Of a DNA stretch of 64,000 nucleotides, positions 38,340 through 52,117 are shown one piece after another. The DNA is taken from assembly GCA_951406725.2 (NCBI GenBank), contig OX597825.1, positions 40,672,001 through 40,736,000 of the forward strand, given 5' to 3'. The notes below the pieces were generated by a model that saw only the letters and a list, made by a program, of their open reading frames with translations, was not told the origin of the DNA and searched no databases. How positions within the stretch are numbered: the first letter of the stretch is position 1; every line of letters begins with the position of its first letter. Made by a program: the position numbers and the translations under genes. The DNA comes from Octopus vulgaris (lineage: Eukaryota).

Positions 38340-41090
38340 TATATGCGAGTATGCGTATGGATGTGCGTATATGGGCGGGCCTAACGCGTGTATGTGCGTA
38401 TGTGTTGTGTCTAGCAGTCAATGTGTGCTTGTTCACGTGGTGCGTGCACATGTGTATGTGTGTGTCTGTGATCTTATAGTGTACATGAGTACAGTGTATG
38501 TTTGTGGGCGAAAGTTATCGTTGTCTATTCGTCTTCCATGTGTTTATGTGTGTTGCGTATGTGTGTATATATATTGTCTGTGTTCAGGTACTATGTGCTT
38601 GTTTGAGTGTGGAAGTGTGCATGAAGGTATGTGGTGTGAATACTAAGTTACACAGTGTGTGTGACTGTTCTCATAGTGGTGAGTGGTGATGCTATTGAAA
38701 ATTATGTGTGGGTGATGAGAAATATTCGGTGCTAGTGTGTGTGCAGTGGGCAGGTTTTTATGTGTGAGTGTGTGTAATGATGTGTGGATTGAGTAATGAG
38801 TTGAACAGAGCGTATAGGTATGTGTATAGAGTTTTGTGTGTGGTGAGGTACCGAAGTAGGTGGGATGCAGGTGTGTAGGGGGTGGGGAGAGCAGTTGAAA
38901 TTAGGATGTATGTAGAAATTCGTGTGGGGTTAGTTCCAGTTGAAGAGATTTTGAGAGATGAGTCCATATGGCGCAAAGAAGCGAAGAGAGAAGATTAATT
39001 CCTGTTCAAAGCAAAGGCCAGAGTTCGGGTGGCCCCCGTGCAGAGACAGTTCCAACACTCATGTTGTAGCGAATGACCGGTAGAGTGGAAGTGGTGCGAG
39101 ACCGAGCTGTCATAACCGAGTCTGTCTCGGGGTTGCTCCGCGAACCGGTCAACCAAGCGGCGTCCCGTTTGACCAACATACAGGAAAAGATAGAGAGAGC
39201 AGGAGATGCAGTAAATAACGTTGCTAGAAGTATAGGCAAAGGAGTCGGTGACGTGAGAGGAACGGTGATGAGTGCCAGTGAGGGTAGTGGTATTGGAGTG
39301 CTAGTGGCAGGTGCGACAGCTTGGGCGGGATCAGTGACTGGAGCCAGGCTGAGAAACAGGGGTAGGGAAGAAACTGTGGACCAGAAGGTCACGCAGGTTA
39401 TGGGCTCATTTGAAGTGGCTTAGAGAAGATGTGCGATGTGGATGGGTCGGACTGGAATCGCTAGAAGGCTTGGAGAATGGTACATTGGAGGGGTAGGATA
39501 GAGTGGTAGTAGGTAGGATTGTGAGTCAGTGTGCTTGTAATGGATGGAGGTAGTGAGAGCGGAGTGGTGTGTGCTAACAGAAATGTCGAGAAATCCGAGG
39601 GAAGATTTAGAGATATTGCAGGGGAATTCGAGAGCAGGATGGAAAGATTGGACAAAGAAGAGGTATGAGTCTAGATGTTCTAAACTAAGATGGGGCTAAG
39701 ATGGATGAGGAAACAGTAAGTAGGTGTATTAGTTTGACGTTCAGGAGAAATGGGAAAGTCTTTGACGTTTTGATTCTACGCTCTTCGACAGAAAGTGTTA
39801 AGAGGCAAAAGAAAATGGAGAGGAAACGAAAAAACGGAGAGAGGAAAAAATATGTTGGGACTAACAGTTTAACATGATGAAATGCTCGAAAAAGGCTGAG
39901 AGTAGGGGAGATAATGACGGTGACTGCGTGTGTGTATGTAAAAATGATGAGTGTGAGTGTGTATAAGGGCGAGTGCAGGTGAATGCATGTGTGGGTGAAC
40001 TGAAAATTATGTGCGCCTGTGTGTGCGAATGAGAGGGTCTGTGTGTATGTGTATAAGTAAACCAGCGTGAGCGTTGTATGGAGTGATGTGCGTTCCGTGT
40101 ATTTATGCATGTGTGTGAGTACGGACCTGTGCATATATGTGTGAAGCTGTGTATACTACGTGTGGGGGGCGCTATCAGCTGTGTGTGTGTTTGCGTAAAG
40201 GCTTGCGTGTAGAAGTTAATGTATTGGAGTAGTGTATGCACATGTGTGTATTAGAGCATGAGATGTGTGTGTGATCCTATAGTGTGTATGTGTATGCAAA
40301 AGTTGTGTGCGTGTGTATATCATCTGTTTTTGCGTGTTGTGCGCGTGAATAATGTGCTTTGTTGGAGAATGCATGGAGGTGCGATTTGGGATAGGGTTGA
40401 CGAAGGTTTGGAGTAGGAAGGCATTGAGTGTTAGTGTGTGGAGAGAGGTGTGTGAGTGTATGTTTATGTTAGTGTGTGAGCTATGTGCATAATGGTACAC
40501 TGTGTACGTACTAAGTTGAACAATGTGTGAGAGGTTCTATAATAAGTTTGTGTGATGAGGGTACTGAGTTAAATGGTGTACAGGTGTGGAGTGGAGGTGG
40601 AATCGTTAAATGTTAGAGATGTGTGTATGTGTGAATGTGTGAAGGGTTGGTTTCAGATGAGAAGTGATGAATTAAGACCATAAGGAGCAAATGAATGAAG
40701 AGAGTAAATCTATTTTTGTTCCCAGTGGATGCGAGTGTTCAGGTGGTCTCTGTGCAAAGAGTATCTGAATACAGACAGATGTAGCGAATGACCGGTTGTG
40801 AGGAGGTGGCAAGAGATCGGAGTGTCGTTGACGAGACTGATGTATCGGAGATATCTACGTAGGGTGATGTGACAAGCAATGAGTTGAGACTGGGTCTCAA
40901 AGTCATGGTCGCCTCTGCAGAGCCGGCGTAGACGAAGGAAATGGGAGGAGAGGATGGAGTGGGTAGGTTAGAAGGAGCAGAAGTTGAGATAGGAGTGTGT
41001 ATGTCTGTTTGTAATGGGTGGAGGTGGTAACAGCAGGAGGATGGATGCTAACAGGAATGTTGCGAAATTCAAATGGAGAAGTTGGAAACA
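38340..41090 (-). mobile_element. Two tandem partial Penelope-like (GIY-YIG) copies with CA-rich 3' regions and a pseudo-LTR
   Basis: Minus strand 38950-39500 reads RPSCRTC..DSFAYTSSNVIYCISCSLYLFLYVGQTGRRLVDRFAE..SVSHHF..EQELIFSLRFFAPYGL. A second degenerate endonuclease end lies at 40670-40850 and a pLTR motif at 39720-39870. Confidence 0.85.
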
Positions 41091-41152
<62 letters not shown>

Positions 41153-43220
41153 CCTGTGTATAGGTAAGATGATTTTAGGGTGATTACTCGTAATATTTTC
41201 TGAAAGTGGTGTTCTATGATATGTGCCAAAAGTGGTGATTATTAAGTCACCACTTATGATACATATCATGTGTCATTGCTAACAGAATTAATAGCTAACA
41301 GGTTTGCTTCTGATGGAATTCATTTTTTATCTTGCATATTATTGGAGATGGTATCTGTTACTGACGATTCTCTATTAACATGAAACTTATATTCGTGCAT
41401 TTTAAAAGACACTGGATAATCTTGAACTGGAGAAAGTGAAATATTTCTTTGTTTATGCTGTGAGGGGAAGTATGTGTTATTTTCTTAACATCATTTCAAG
41501 ACATGATGTTATGGCATTCGGCTCATAAAAATATTTCAGAAGTGCATACGAAGGTATTTATTGTTTGTACCTCACAGTTTTAGTGAAGGCCATTAAAACA
41601 GAGGAAACGAGATAGGTTGATACAGAGGAGATTGAAGTTAGAGAAATTACTGAGAAAATTTCGATGTTATGTTACGAAGAGGGATTGTAATATCTGGAAG
41701 TCAACAATGGAAGAACATTAGGTACAAGAAACGAAACCATAAAATTGTTCTAATGTTTCCAGTGTAGGTATGAGAGAAGTAAAATATCCCATTTCTCTGT
41801 GAATCAGAATGACGTAATCGATGTTCTAATACACTTGTATCCTACAACAGTTTAAAGATAAGATTTTGGAATCTATATAAGATTAGAGGTTGAATGAAGA
41901 AAGTGTGAAATGATGCAATACTACTGCTCAGGTAAAACCAACAAAGGAACAGCTACTGAGTTGAATTATTGAAAGTAAGTGTATTGACATGGAAATCTGA
42001 TAAAGTAGTATGACCGTGAAATATGTTTACTGAGATGTTGAAAACCTCATGTCATGTTTGCCATTATCCATTCACCACAACGTTTTTATTGCAATACATA
42101 ACGAATTGTTCATAATAATTTACATAAAACATCATCGGTAACTAGTACATATCAACAGAGTCAATGAAGAAGATAGTTACAAGAAGCATCAGAACAGATG
42201 ACAAGTATGGACATTTACTTAAACAAATTTTAGGTAGTTTACTTCTGGAACGCTTAGGTGTCGTAAATGCACTTAACTCTAAACCTCAGATGCCATATGC
42301 CTACTACAAGTTATTTTCTAAATATGAACTCGCAGCATCTCCTTTATTTGTTTATTTACATATATCTATTCACAAAGTCCCTTATTGCACAAATTCCCTA
42401 CCATAGTACTGCGCTGTCATCTATACAGACCGTTTGTACACAAGCATGTTGGCTTCTCTATCGCTACTACTCTGGATTCTGCTGTTTCAGGCTGGTTGTT
42501 TTGTTATTTCATTCTCTTAGATACATTAGAAAGACTCTACTCGCATCTTCTTAACGCTCGTATTTTGTCCATACCTTCATCTTCTCAACTCCAAGCTCAC
42601 AGTAATACGTCAGGTTTTTCTTCTTATGTCCGCTCTCTACCTGTTGTTTTTTCTCCTCTCTGCATACGCTGACTTGTAACTCTTCGAAAGTAATATTCTC
42701 CGCGTCAAAATCATTTGCAATTCGCAATACCGCAACAAATGCCAATGATATCACTTTTTGCCTAGACAAAAGTGATTCGAATTCAAATGTCGGCTGGTGC
42801 CTAGCTAAACTGTTATTATTCGAGATATATATAATGAGACTGTAAGCAAATGTTGGGTGAGAACATGTTCAAAGCAGAATTTAGTATACAAGTAGGTGTT
42901 CACGAAAAATCTATCTACAAGCTCATTTAATCCATTCCACTTTTGAATGTCACTGTATTTGAAGACTGAATATATTACCGTATTGGTGGTCAACCGAATT
43001 TATAGAAAAATTCTTTCACTCTATACAGGTCAGGTGAGGCCCACATTGCTGGTTTGTGGTTGCTACTACGCGCATTGACATCATGGATGACATTCGTAGA
43101 AGGATCACTCAGTTGACTGGTACCCCTTTGTTAATGAGCGCACTCTAGGCTCCAACCCATAGACATGCTGTATCTTTGCTAGTTCTCTCCCATCCCTCTC
43201 TTTCTCTATCTCTCCCCCTC

Positions 43221-43264
<44 letters not shown>

Positions 43265-44359
43265 GTAGCCTTTTCTATATTTACCAAAACGGGATACGGT
43301 TCCTGAAAGCTGCTTCAACAATCAGGTGACCACGATACACTCGTTTCTCCTTATCTCGTCATCCTTCTTTTTGACTTAAACCTCTTATTCCCACAGTAAT
43401 CACTATACCCAATCTTCTTTTCTTAGAACATAGGCTCCTTGAAATATTCTCTTTGCCCACATCTCTCCTGACCGGCAGAAGGACGATTACCAACATAAAT
43501 CTCATCAGTCATGGAGAGATCATGTGCAATGTATTATGGATAATGTAGTAACATCCAAACTCGGCAAATAAAATCAATAAGTATAGTTAGAAACCTGAAA
43601 AGGGTTCCAGATTACATAACAATATCCAAGACAGAATTAGAGCAGTGAATATAGCAACATTTACATATGATATTAATCCATATTCAGAAAGAAATTTGAT
43701 AGATTCTGATAGTGTATATTAGGTGTAAGCAAAGCGCACACAAAAGTTGCAGAAGTCCTTCTATCAGAACGCGTTAAAACTAGATGCCATAGATTCGCTG
43801 GCGTAGTTAGCGATAGGAGCTTGCTTAAAATGACTAAATTATTCCCTAGACGTAGTTGATATCATTTGTTAGTAACGATATAATAAATACAAGGATTACC
43901 GGATGTAGTTAGGACAGAGTTTTCAAGTGGTGACTCAAGGTATTGCTAACTCTGCTATAAACGAATGATTATACAATTGTTTTATGAGACAGTAAAGAAC
44001 TGGATGCAAGAGACTGATAAATTCTATACAAAACTGCTTATGTGTTAACTATTATATTTTTGCATATTAATCTGCAACGAATGCAAAATACGAATGTCCT
44101 AAATAAGACGTTAGACAATATAAGCTTGTTGTACTATGCAATTATGAATCTTCCTTGTTAATGAACGATATTTTCAAATGGTAAAAGAGTATATATGGCT
44201 GCCGATAGTTGTGAAAATATTACATTATCAAGAGTGGAAAATATTTTGAAATGGGAACTCAAAAAGATGTGCCAGACGAAAAAGAAGATAAAGAGGAAGA
44301 CGATTGATATTTTTCATGGTTGATTCGTCCACCAAATGAATGCATAGATACATAAACGA

Positions 44360-44527
44360 TTATAAGAAGCTTGCTTCCCAGCCTCCTGGTTCCGAATTCA
44401 GTTCCACTGCGTGGCACCTTGAGCATCTTCTACTATAGCTTCGGGCTAACCAAAGCTGTGTGAGTGAATTTGGTAGGCGGAAACTAAAAGGCCATCGTAT
44501 ATATGTGTGTGTATGCGTGTGCGCTTG

Positions 44528-44590
<63 letters not shown>

Positions 44591-44822
44591 ATCTCTGTGT
44601 GTGTTTTTGTGTGTGTGTTTGTCCCCTATTACCACTTGACAACCAGTGCTGGTGTGTTTACGTCCCCGTAACATAGCGGTTCTGCAAAAAGACCGATAGA
44701 AAAGTACCAGGTTTAAAAAACAAGTACTGGGGCCGATTCATTCGACTAAAAATTCAGGGTTGTGCCCCAGTATGGCCACAGTCTAATGACTGAAACAAGT
44801 AAAAGATACAAGATAAAAGATA
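44360..44822 (+). mobile_element. tRNA-derived SINE, family A
   Basis: Matches 53726-54128, including the internal (TA)n and the AAAAGAT tail. Confidence 0.85.
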
Positions 44823-44854
44823 TGTGTAAATATTACAAATGGAATACACATAGC

Positions 44855-45178
44855 GAAGGCGCATGACTTAGTGGTTAGGTTTTTTTGCCTCACGATCATA
44901 AGGTCACGAGTTCAATTGCCGGTGATGCGTTATGTCTTTGAGCAAGACACTTTATTTCATGTTGCTTCAGTTCACTCAACTAGCAACAATGAGTAGAATC
45001 TGTATTTCAAAGGGCCAGCATTGTCATACTCTGTGTCACGCTGAATCTCTCTGAGATCTGCGTTAAGGGTACACGTACCTGTCGAGTGCTCGGCCTCATG
45101 CACGTGAATTTCACGAGCAGTCTGTTCTGTTGATTGTATCAACCGGATCCCTCATCATCGGAACCGACGAAGTGCCAA
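44855..45178 (+). mobile_element. tRNA-derived SINE
   Basis: GAAGGCGCATGACTTAGTGGTTAG..GAGTTCAATT..GAGCAAGACACTTTATTTCA; head and core shared with 46450-46570. Confidence 0.7.
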
Positions 45179-45801
45179 TATATATAAACTACATTGACTA
45201 TTCTGTAAAAGTAACAAAACAAAGAGAACGGCTAGACGCCGATATTATTTCATAGAACAACCTTTCAAAAGCATTATCTCTAAACGTGAGATGAGAATTA
45301 AAGTGTTAACGTCTAACAAGCACCCGAGATGGCAGTAATATTTGACGACGCCGGTAAGTAAGTATTATCAAGAATAATCTCTAGAACTGTTGAAATACCA
45401 GCAGCATAAATTCATATAAACGTCGCCTGAACGACTGCACGGTATTCCCACACACACGCTTAGACTAAGAATAACATCTGAACGCTACGTAAGTACAGTT
45501 CACTAAGCTATATACTATGAGCCTCATTAAGAAAATACTCTGAAAATGTGATGAAGCTTATAAGATAGAAATAATTCTTCCGCGGTGAGAGGGCAAGTGA
45601 AATACCGGCAGATATTTATTGAGTTAGAAAACTAAAATTCCTTCATATCAACAAATTACATAGAATATTCAAAACATGAAAATGTAGAATACGTGATCAT
45701 TTTAATAAATGCTTCCTCATCAGAACAAATACTTCACAATCATCCAGAAGAACATCGTTATGCATTTCAGAAACATCTTCCGACATACAAACACTTGCAG
45801 A

Positions 45802-45839
<38 letters not shown>

Positions 45840-45851
45840 TATTCAAATGTG

Positions 45852-45892
<41 letters not shown>

Positions 45893-46449
45893 ACATGCAC
45901 ATGTATATAGGAATTAAAGGGGAATACATAACATAAACTGTTATACAAGTTCAAAAGGTAAATAAGTTTATTCCTATGACCTAAAACATCATGAACATAG
46001 GAAAAGATAACTTTCAATCCAATTGCCTACCTAATAAAATGCAGAGTATCATGTCCCTCCAAAATATATAAAAAATATACATGAAATACATTAATTTTAG
46101 GAACACCCCAATATAAATACAATCCAACTGCATATTACAGGCTATCAAACATGTCATTCTGCAGATTCAGCTCAAACAAAATAGTGCATTTCGATGCAGC
46201 CATATAAAAATATCTTATTTATACACATCAATAATTCGGGAAAACATTTATCATGATTACTGACCTTGATCTTCACATGATAACAATGAACGGCAGACAA
46301 GCATGACCGCGAGCTAGTACTCAATTTTTCCGAGATTATCTATAACAGAAAGGAAATATGTAAGGTTATTCGCCGTATACATCACCAACAATTAGACCCT
46401 GCTATTGGTCTTGTAGTTATAGGGTTGATGGCCTACAAATTTATAAGCG

Positions 46450-46778
46450 TGGAGGGGCAGGGATCAATAGTTAGAATGTCGAACTCACAGACATGAGGTC
46501 GTGAGTTCGAATCCTGAACCGGGCTGTGCATTGTGTTCTTGGGTAAGACACTTTATTTCACGTTGCTACAGTTCCCTAAGCTGTAGAAATTAGTTGTGAC
46601 GTCACTGGTGCCAAGCTGTATCGGCCTTTCCTTTGGATAGCATCAGCGGTGTGGAGAGGGAAGTCTGGTATTTATGCGGGCTTGTACCTCGGAAAAAAAA
46701 TTTATGCGGGCTTGTACCTCGGAAGGAAACACTTTAGGTACAATACCATGTTCATTCATGACCAAAGGAAGTCTTTAA
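46450..46778 (+). mobile_element. tRNA-derived SINE
   Basis: B box GAGTTCGAATCC at about 46503, core TAAGACACTTTATTTCACGTTGCT, tail shared with 22858-23075, and an internal 24-bp duplication at 46671-46725. Confidence 0.75.
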
Positions 46779-49700
46779 TTTCCAAGACAATTTGTTGAAT
46801 AAGTTTGTGGAAAAGGATTGATAACAACATTACAATTACAATCATTCACTATATATTTAACATCTTAGATTCACCAATGACAAATTCCACTCCTATAAAA
46901 AAAAATTGTACTCCACACGCATATGCAACAACTCTGGAACATTCGGTATTATTTAGAAGCTTGTAGATGTCTTAAGCAGAATAATGTTAGCACTAACTTC
47001 TAACTAAGGTACTTTTAATCACTGTGCAGGCAATTAAGATGGTGCAACAAGAATTTACTTCAGGTAGAAAATTATACATGCGTTGTATAAGAATGGGTTG
47101 TATATTTTAGAATTCATGACAACTTGGGTAATACAATGAAAATTAGTCCAGCAGACACATGCACAGGTAACTATATTGATTGAACCACGCAACAAAACGA
47201 ATATAACAGCCAAAATAACTAAGAATCTATTGTCGCTACTGATAATTCACTACATACATAGAGACAACACCATTTTACAGCCGTAAAATATTGTGAGTGT
47301 CCTACATAGAGAGACTGTTTAGACAGATATAAAGAGAGAGAGAGAGAGAGAGAGGGGAGAGAGAGAGATGTACACATACGCAGGAACGTTGCGGAAAGGA
47401 AGGAAAAGGGAGTCTAAACATTTTATCATCAAACATCGGTTATATAAATTACACTTGTCAGTAATATTCTGCATAGCACTCATCATAAGTGACTTATCTG
47501 ATTCATCGGTAAACCCAACATTCTAATCTTTTTAGAAAAGTTTTAGTCTACGCTGGTTTGCTCACTTTTTCAAAGACTAACTCATCTCATCAGACCTTTG
47601 TTGGACTTCGTTGGACTGAACAGGTGGATGTCAAAGGATAGATAGTAAACTACTGACCAGCACATTTTGGCCAATGCCTGATATGTTACTAAAGAGGTGT
47701 GCGGTTATTCAATGTCAATGTGAATGCAGACATTTTAAATCGGTCTCTTCCTACTAATAATGGCTTGTCTAATCGTGTTAAGTGTTTAAGTACACCGCTC
47801 GATGTTCACGTTTCACAATAAAAAGGTGAATGAGATCTTTACTATCCCCACAAATAGTTGCCATAACTTTCTGTACCGATCGGTTGCTCATATGCCTCCT
47901 AGGCCTTGTATCAGAAGTAAGATAGCATTCTAGGGTAAACGTTAGTTTTTAATCATACAAATACGCCCATTAGTCAATTCCTGCTACAAGATTAGAAAAA
48001 ATTAACGTGCTTTCATTGATTTCAGACACATCCAGCAGATATATTCCAACGCAGCTTTCTTTTAAATCATGTCTCTCTTTGCACTCACTCTTTGTGTAAA
48101 TCAATTCGTCCACTCAGTGACGAGAGCCAGTAGTCGTAATTGATAGTTTTCCACTGCGTAGTGTGCCTTCAATACTAGTTCATCCTTTAAGCTTCATTCA
48201 TTTGTGTATATTACCCTTGGCAATAATATTACCACAATAAACGATCTGTCACCTTCTGTGCGAATCTAACAACTTGCACCCACCATTGCTAAAGCTCAAT
48301 GACATACCGTTGCGTCTAGTTGGAATACATTATTTCCTTGCAAAGAAAAGAAGGAATGTTGCCATAAATGAAAAGTTAATATACCGACATTTTAGTTAAT
48401 AAGACTTACATATATTTTCCTATTACATTTTAAAAACAGGTTCAGAGATACCAGAGATATGCATATAAAGAGGTTTAGACATATATAAAAGCATATATGT
48501 ATACGTATATATATACATACATATATAAATATATTTATATGTATATGTATATATAAAGGCAGAGAGAGCGAGAGAGAAAGAAAGGAAGAAAGGAAAAAAG
48601 AAAAATACTAAAAGAGAACAAGTGTGACTCTGAAGAAGTGAGAGGTCGTAAGTGAGAGAGAAATACACACACCTACTCACAATCATATATCAATAAGCAA
48701 TGTATATAATATTATTATATCGGAAATACATTGTCTCACACCTGATTTACAAAAGCTATTGAATACCTGGAATTGGAAATCATGTTATATTTTATTGCTT
48801 TTTATCTTTTAGAATCGTGAGTAATTTGGTAATATGAAATAAATTATTCTTGCTCAAAGGTAATTTATTGTAATATGCTATTAAAAACAGAAAGCAGGAC
48901 TTCGGACAGGGCCATACCGGTTCTCTTCTATTTTTGAATTAGTAATGAGAGTGATCATTGCCCTGTTTCTTACCTTTTCACAAAATAAACTTCAGGCTAA
49001 AATGTAGTTTCGTTTGCTTGGGAATATAATGGAACAGAACCGTTCAGCTAACAAATCACCAAAGCCTGTACTGCATGACCGTTCCTGCTGGGTATAGTAA
49101 TTAAATTTATGAAAATAGCGGTCATAGATAAACAACTTAGAATGAAACAATGGAGTGCCACTGCTTGAAAGCTGATCATATGTAAGCCTCATTAAGGCGC
49201 ATCTAGTGCTGAACAACAAACATTCAATGCTGATTGGAATAGTGTTCAACATTTTTTGTTGCTATATTTTATACATAACTTGCTGGTTTCCTTTGTGCAA
49301 TTACGAGATATGTGAATTAAGAAAATTTTCTAAAATTGTATACACAAATCACAATATCGCATGCCAAATATCTCTCACTCATATTCGCATGCAAATATAT
49401 AATACAAATGCATATATCATACATATATGTGTGCGTGCGCGTGTAAGTAAATACGTAAACACACAATTATATACATTAGGCACACAAACACATACTTATG
49501 TACATATACATATATGCATATGTGTGTTTGTCCACGCGTGTGTGTGTGTTTGTGCGTGTGTTGGTGGGCGCGCGTGTGCGTAATTATATATATGGGGAAG
49601 GGTATATTAGTGAATATGTAGATATAAGAGATGATTTGTCCCACGCAGAAACTGCAGGGGCAGCTCAGATGTTCTGCAAGCTCTTCTAAAATCAGTATAT

Positions 49701-50059
49701 ATATATATAAGCATATTGCAAGTTTATGGCGAGGTTTCCAGAGCAGACGGTGCGCTGTCTTCTTGAACAAAACGACTCCTTTCACGTCGTTCTGCGGTCA
49801 CTGCGAATATCACGCCGTGCACCTGTACAGGTAATGTCAATTTGATGGAGGAAGTGAGCTTGTGTACATCACTTCAAATGTATCATCTGCACAGATTGTT
49901 CGGGAGAGAACCACAGAACCGTCTTCTCCAAACAAAAAATATTGTAATGAACTTCATTTGCTTCCAGTTCTGCACTCAAAGCGGAGTGATTGTGTATCGT
50001 TCTGTCACTCATATATACCCGTGTGTGCATGGGAGTGTGTGTTATATATATATACGAAT

Positions 50060-50097
<38 letters not shown>

Positions 50098-50254
50098 ACA
50101 CACACGTACGTACACACACATACACACAAACCCGTGCACACATATATATAAGTTATATATGTGTGTTTATATACATATATGTATTTAAATATATATATAT
50201 ATATATATAAATATACATACATATATATATACATACATATAAACAGAAAGAGAA

Positions 50255-50282
50255 TGATAGATAGATTGATAGATACATAGAC

Positions 50283-50365
<83 letters not shown>

Positions 50366-50405
50366 GGGATAGATAGATAGATAGGTTGATAGATATATAG
50401 ATAGA
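50255..50405. repeat. (GATA)n microsatellite
   Basis: Directly visible. Confidence 0.95.
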
Positions 50406-50618
50406 TCATTTAATACCCTGATGTCAAAAATGCTGATTGTTCTATTACAGATAGAAAATGACGTATCGAAACAATGGAAGAAACCGTTAATGACAGTCAG
50501 CAAAGGAGGAAATATATTCACACAGACAGTTTTGAAGTATGTGAACAATCACATATGGCTGTAACGTCTCTTTTCCAAGTATTATCGTCCACGCAATATA
50601 TAATCATATATATATGTT

Positions 50619-50619
<1 letters not shown>

Positions 50620-50650
<31 letters not shown>

Positions 50651-50762
50651 TGTATGTATGTATGTATGTATGTATGTATGTACGTATGTATGTATGTATG
50701 TGTATATGTAAGTATGTATGTAAGTATGTATGTATGTATGTATCTATCTGTCTATCTATCTC

Positions 50763-50795
<33 letters not shown>

Positions 50796-50865
50796 ATGTC
50801 TGTCTGTCTATCTATGTATGCATGTATGTATGCATGTATGTATGCATGTATGTATGTATGTATGT
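50620..50865. repeat. (TATG)n/(TATC)n compound microsatellite
   Basis: Directly visible. Confidence 0.95.
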
Positions 50866-51321
50866 AGTACTAACTAAACTATTAAACTACTTGCTTTCTT
50901 TTTGAAATTCTATCTTAAAACGACCAATATGGTTGTATGCCATGTGTTCGTTTCATTTAATAGCATGAAAACTTCTTTAAACAGGGTTCCTTTCTTTCTT
51001 TTTTAATTAAATTTTTCTATTACAGAATTATTAAAATTAATGAAATTAAGCGAACATAGAAAGCGAAAGGAAAAAAAGAGAGAACTCATGTGACAACCTG
51101 CTATAATGTCAATTTTTGCCTATAACTTTCAGTGGCTCTATCATTTCCCTTCATCACAAGTTTTGTCGGTTATATGTCTGTGCGTCTTTCTTTGAATAGA
51201 TATCCATCCTCATTTAGTGTATTCTACCTTCAATAATTTTTTTTTCTGTTTTGTCGTTTGGAAATATATTTCTAGCAAATTATACGCCAAAATATTGCAT
51301 TTCTCTTATTTCGAAAAGGCT

Positions 51322-51525
51322 TAAAACGGTGAACTGCCAGAATCGCTACCGCCACGGGCAAAATGCTTAAAGGTATCCTCCGTCTTTATGTTTCCAGTTC
51401 AATTTTCACAGAGAACAACTTTGCCTTTTATGATTTTGCGGTCGATAAAATGCGCACGTGGGTTGATGTAATTAATTTATCTCCGCCCCTGAAATTGCAA
51501 AACTTGTACCAAAATTTCAAACCAT
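51322..51525 (+). mobile_element. Degenerate SINE with a Meta-like central domain
   Basis: CTTTGCCTTTTATGATTTTGCGGTCGATAAAAT resembles the GCCTTTCATCC..GGTCGATAAAAT core of invertebrate SINEs, as recalled. Confidence 0.5.
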
Positions 51526-52031
51526 TATTATCAAAATAAGCTGCTTTTCACTCACACTATTTTGTATTCTTTTCTTCCCTTCAATCTTCCCCACTCCATC
51601 TTTCACTATCCCCTATCTTCCTCCCTCTATATACACATATACATATCTATTTTCTTTCCACCGCCTCACTTTCGATTTTGTATACCATCTAAATTAATTA
51701 TTACTTAACCATCCTCTCACAGCCTCTGATGAAGGGGTAGAATTAATGAATATCCTGGGAACAGCTGTAAGACCTTCTATCTATTAATATCTTAATATCT
51801 ACACTGTCTTGTTTTTTTAATGTTATTACGTACAAAATTCTTATATACATATATATATAATTACATCCATACATCTATATATTTGTATATATGTATGTGT
51901 AAGTGAGTGTTACTACGTGTATACATGCACATTTACATATATAAATATATATATATACACACATTCATACATACATACATGCATATATATATATATATAT
52001 ATATAAACGGCAGTTTACCATCATTTGCTAG

Positions 52032-52117
<86 letters not shown>

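Noticed and set aside
39073-39423. 116-aa plus-strand ORF resembling a real protein
   Set aside because: It is antisense to the Penelope GIY-YIG coding region.
47500-48350. Possible ancient RTE RT on the minus strand
   Set aside because: Only vague echoes (MYSN..VQV, YCET) and no intact RT motif.
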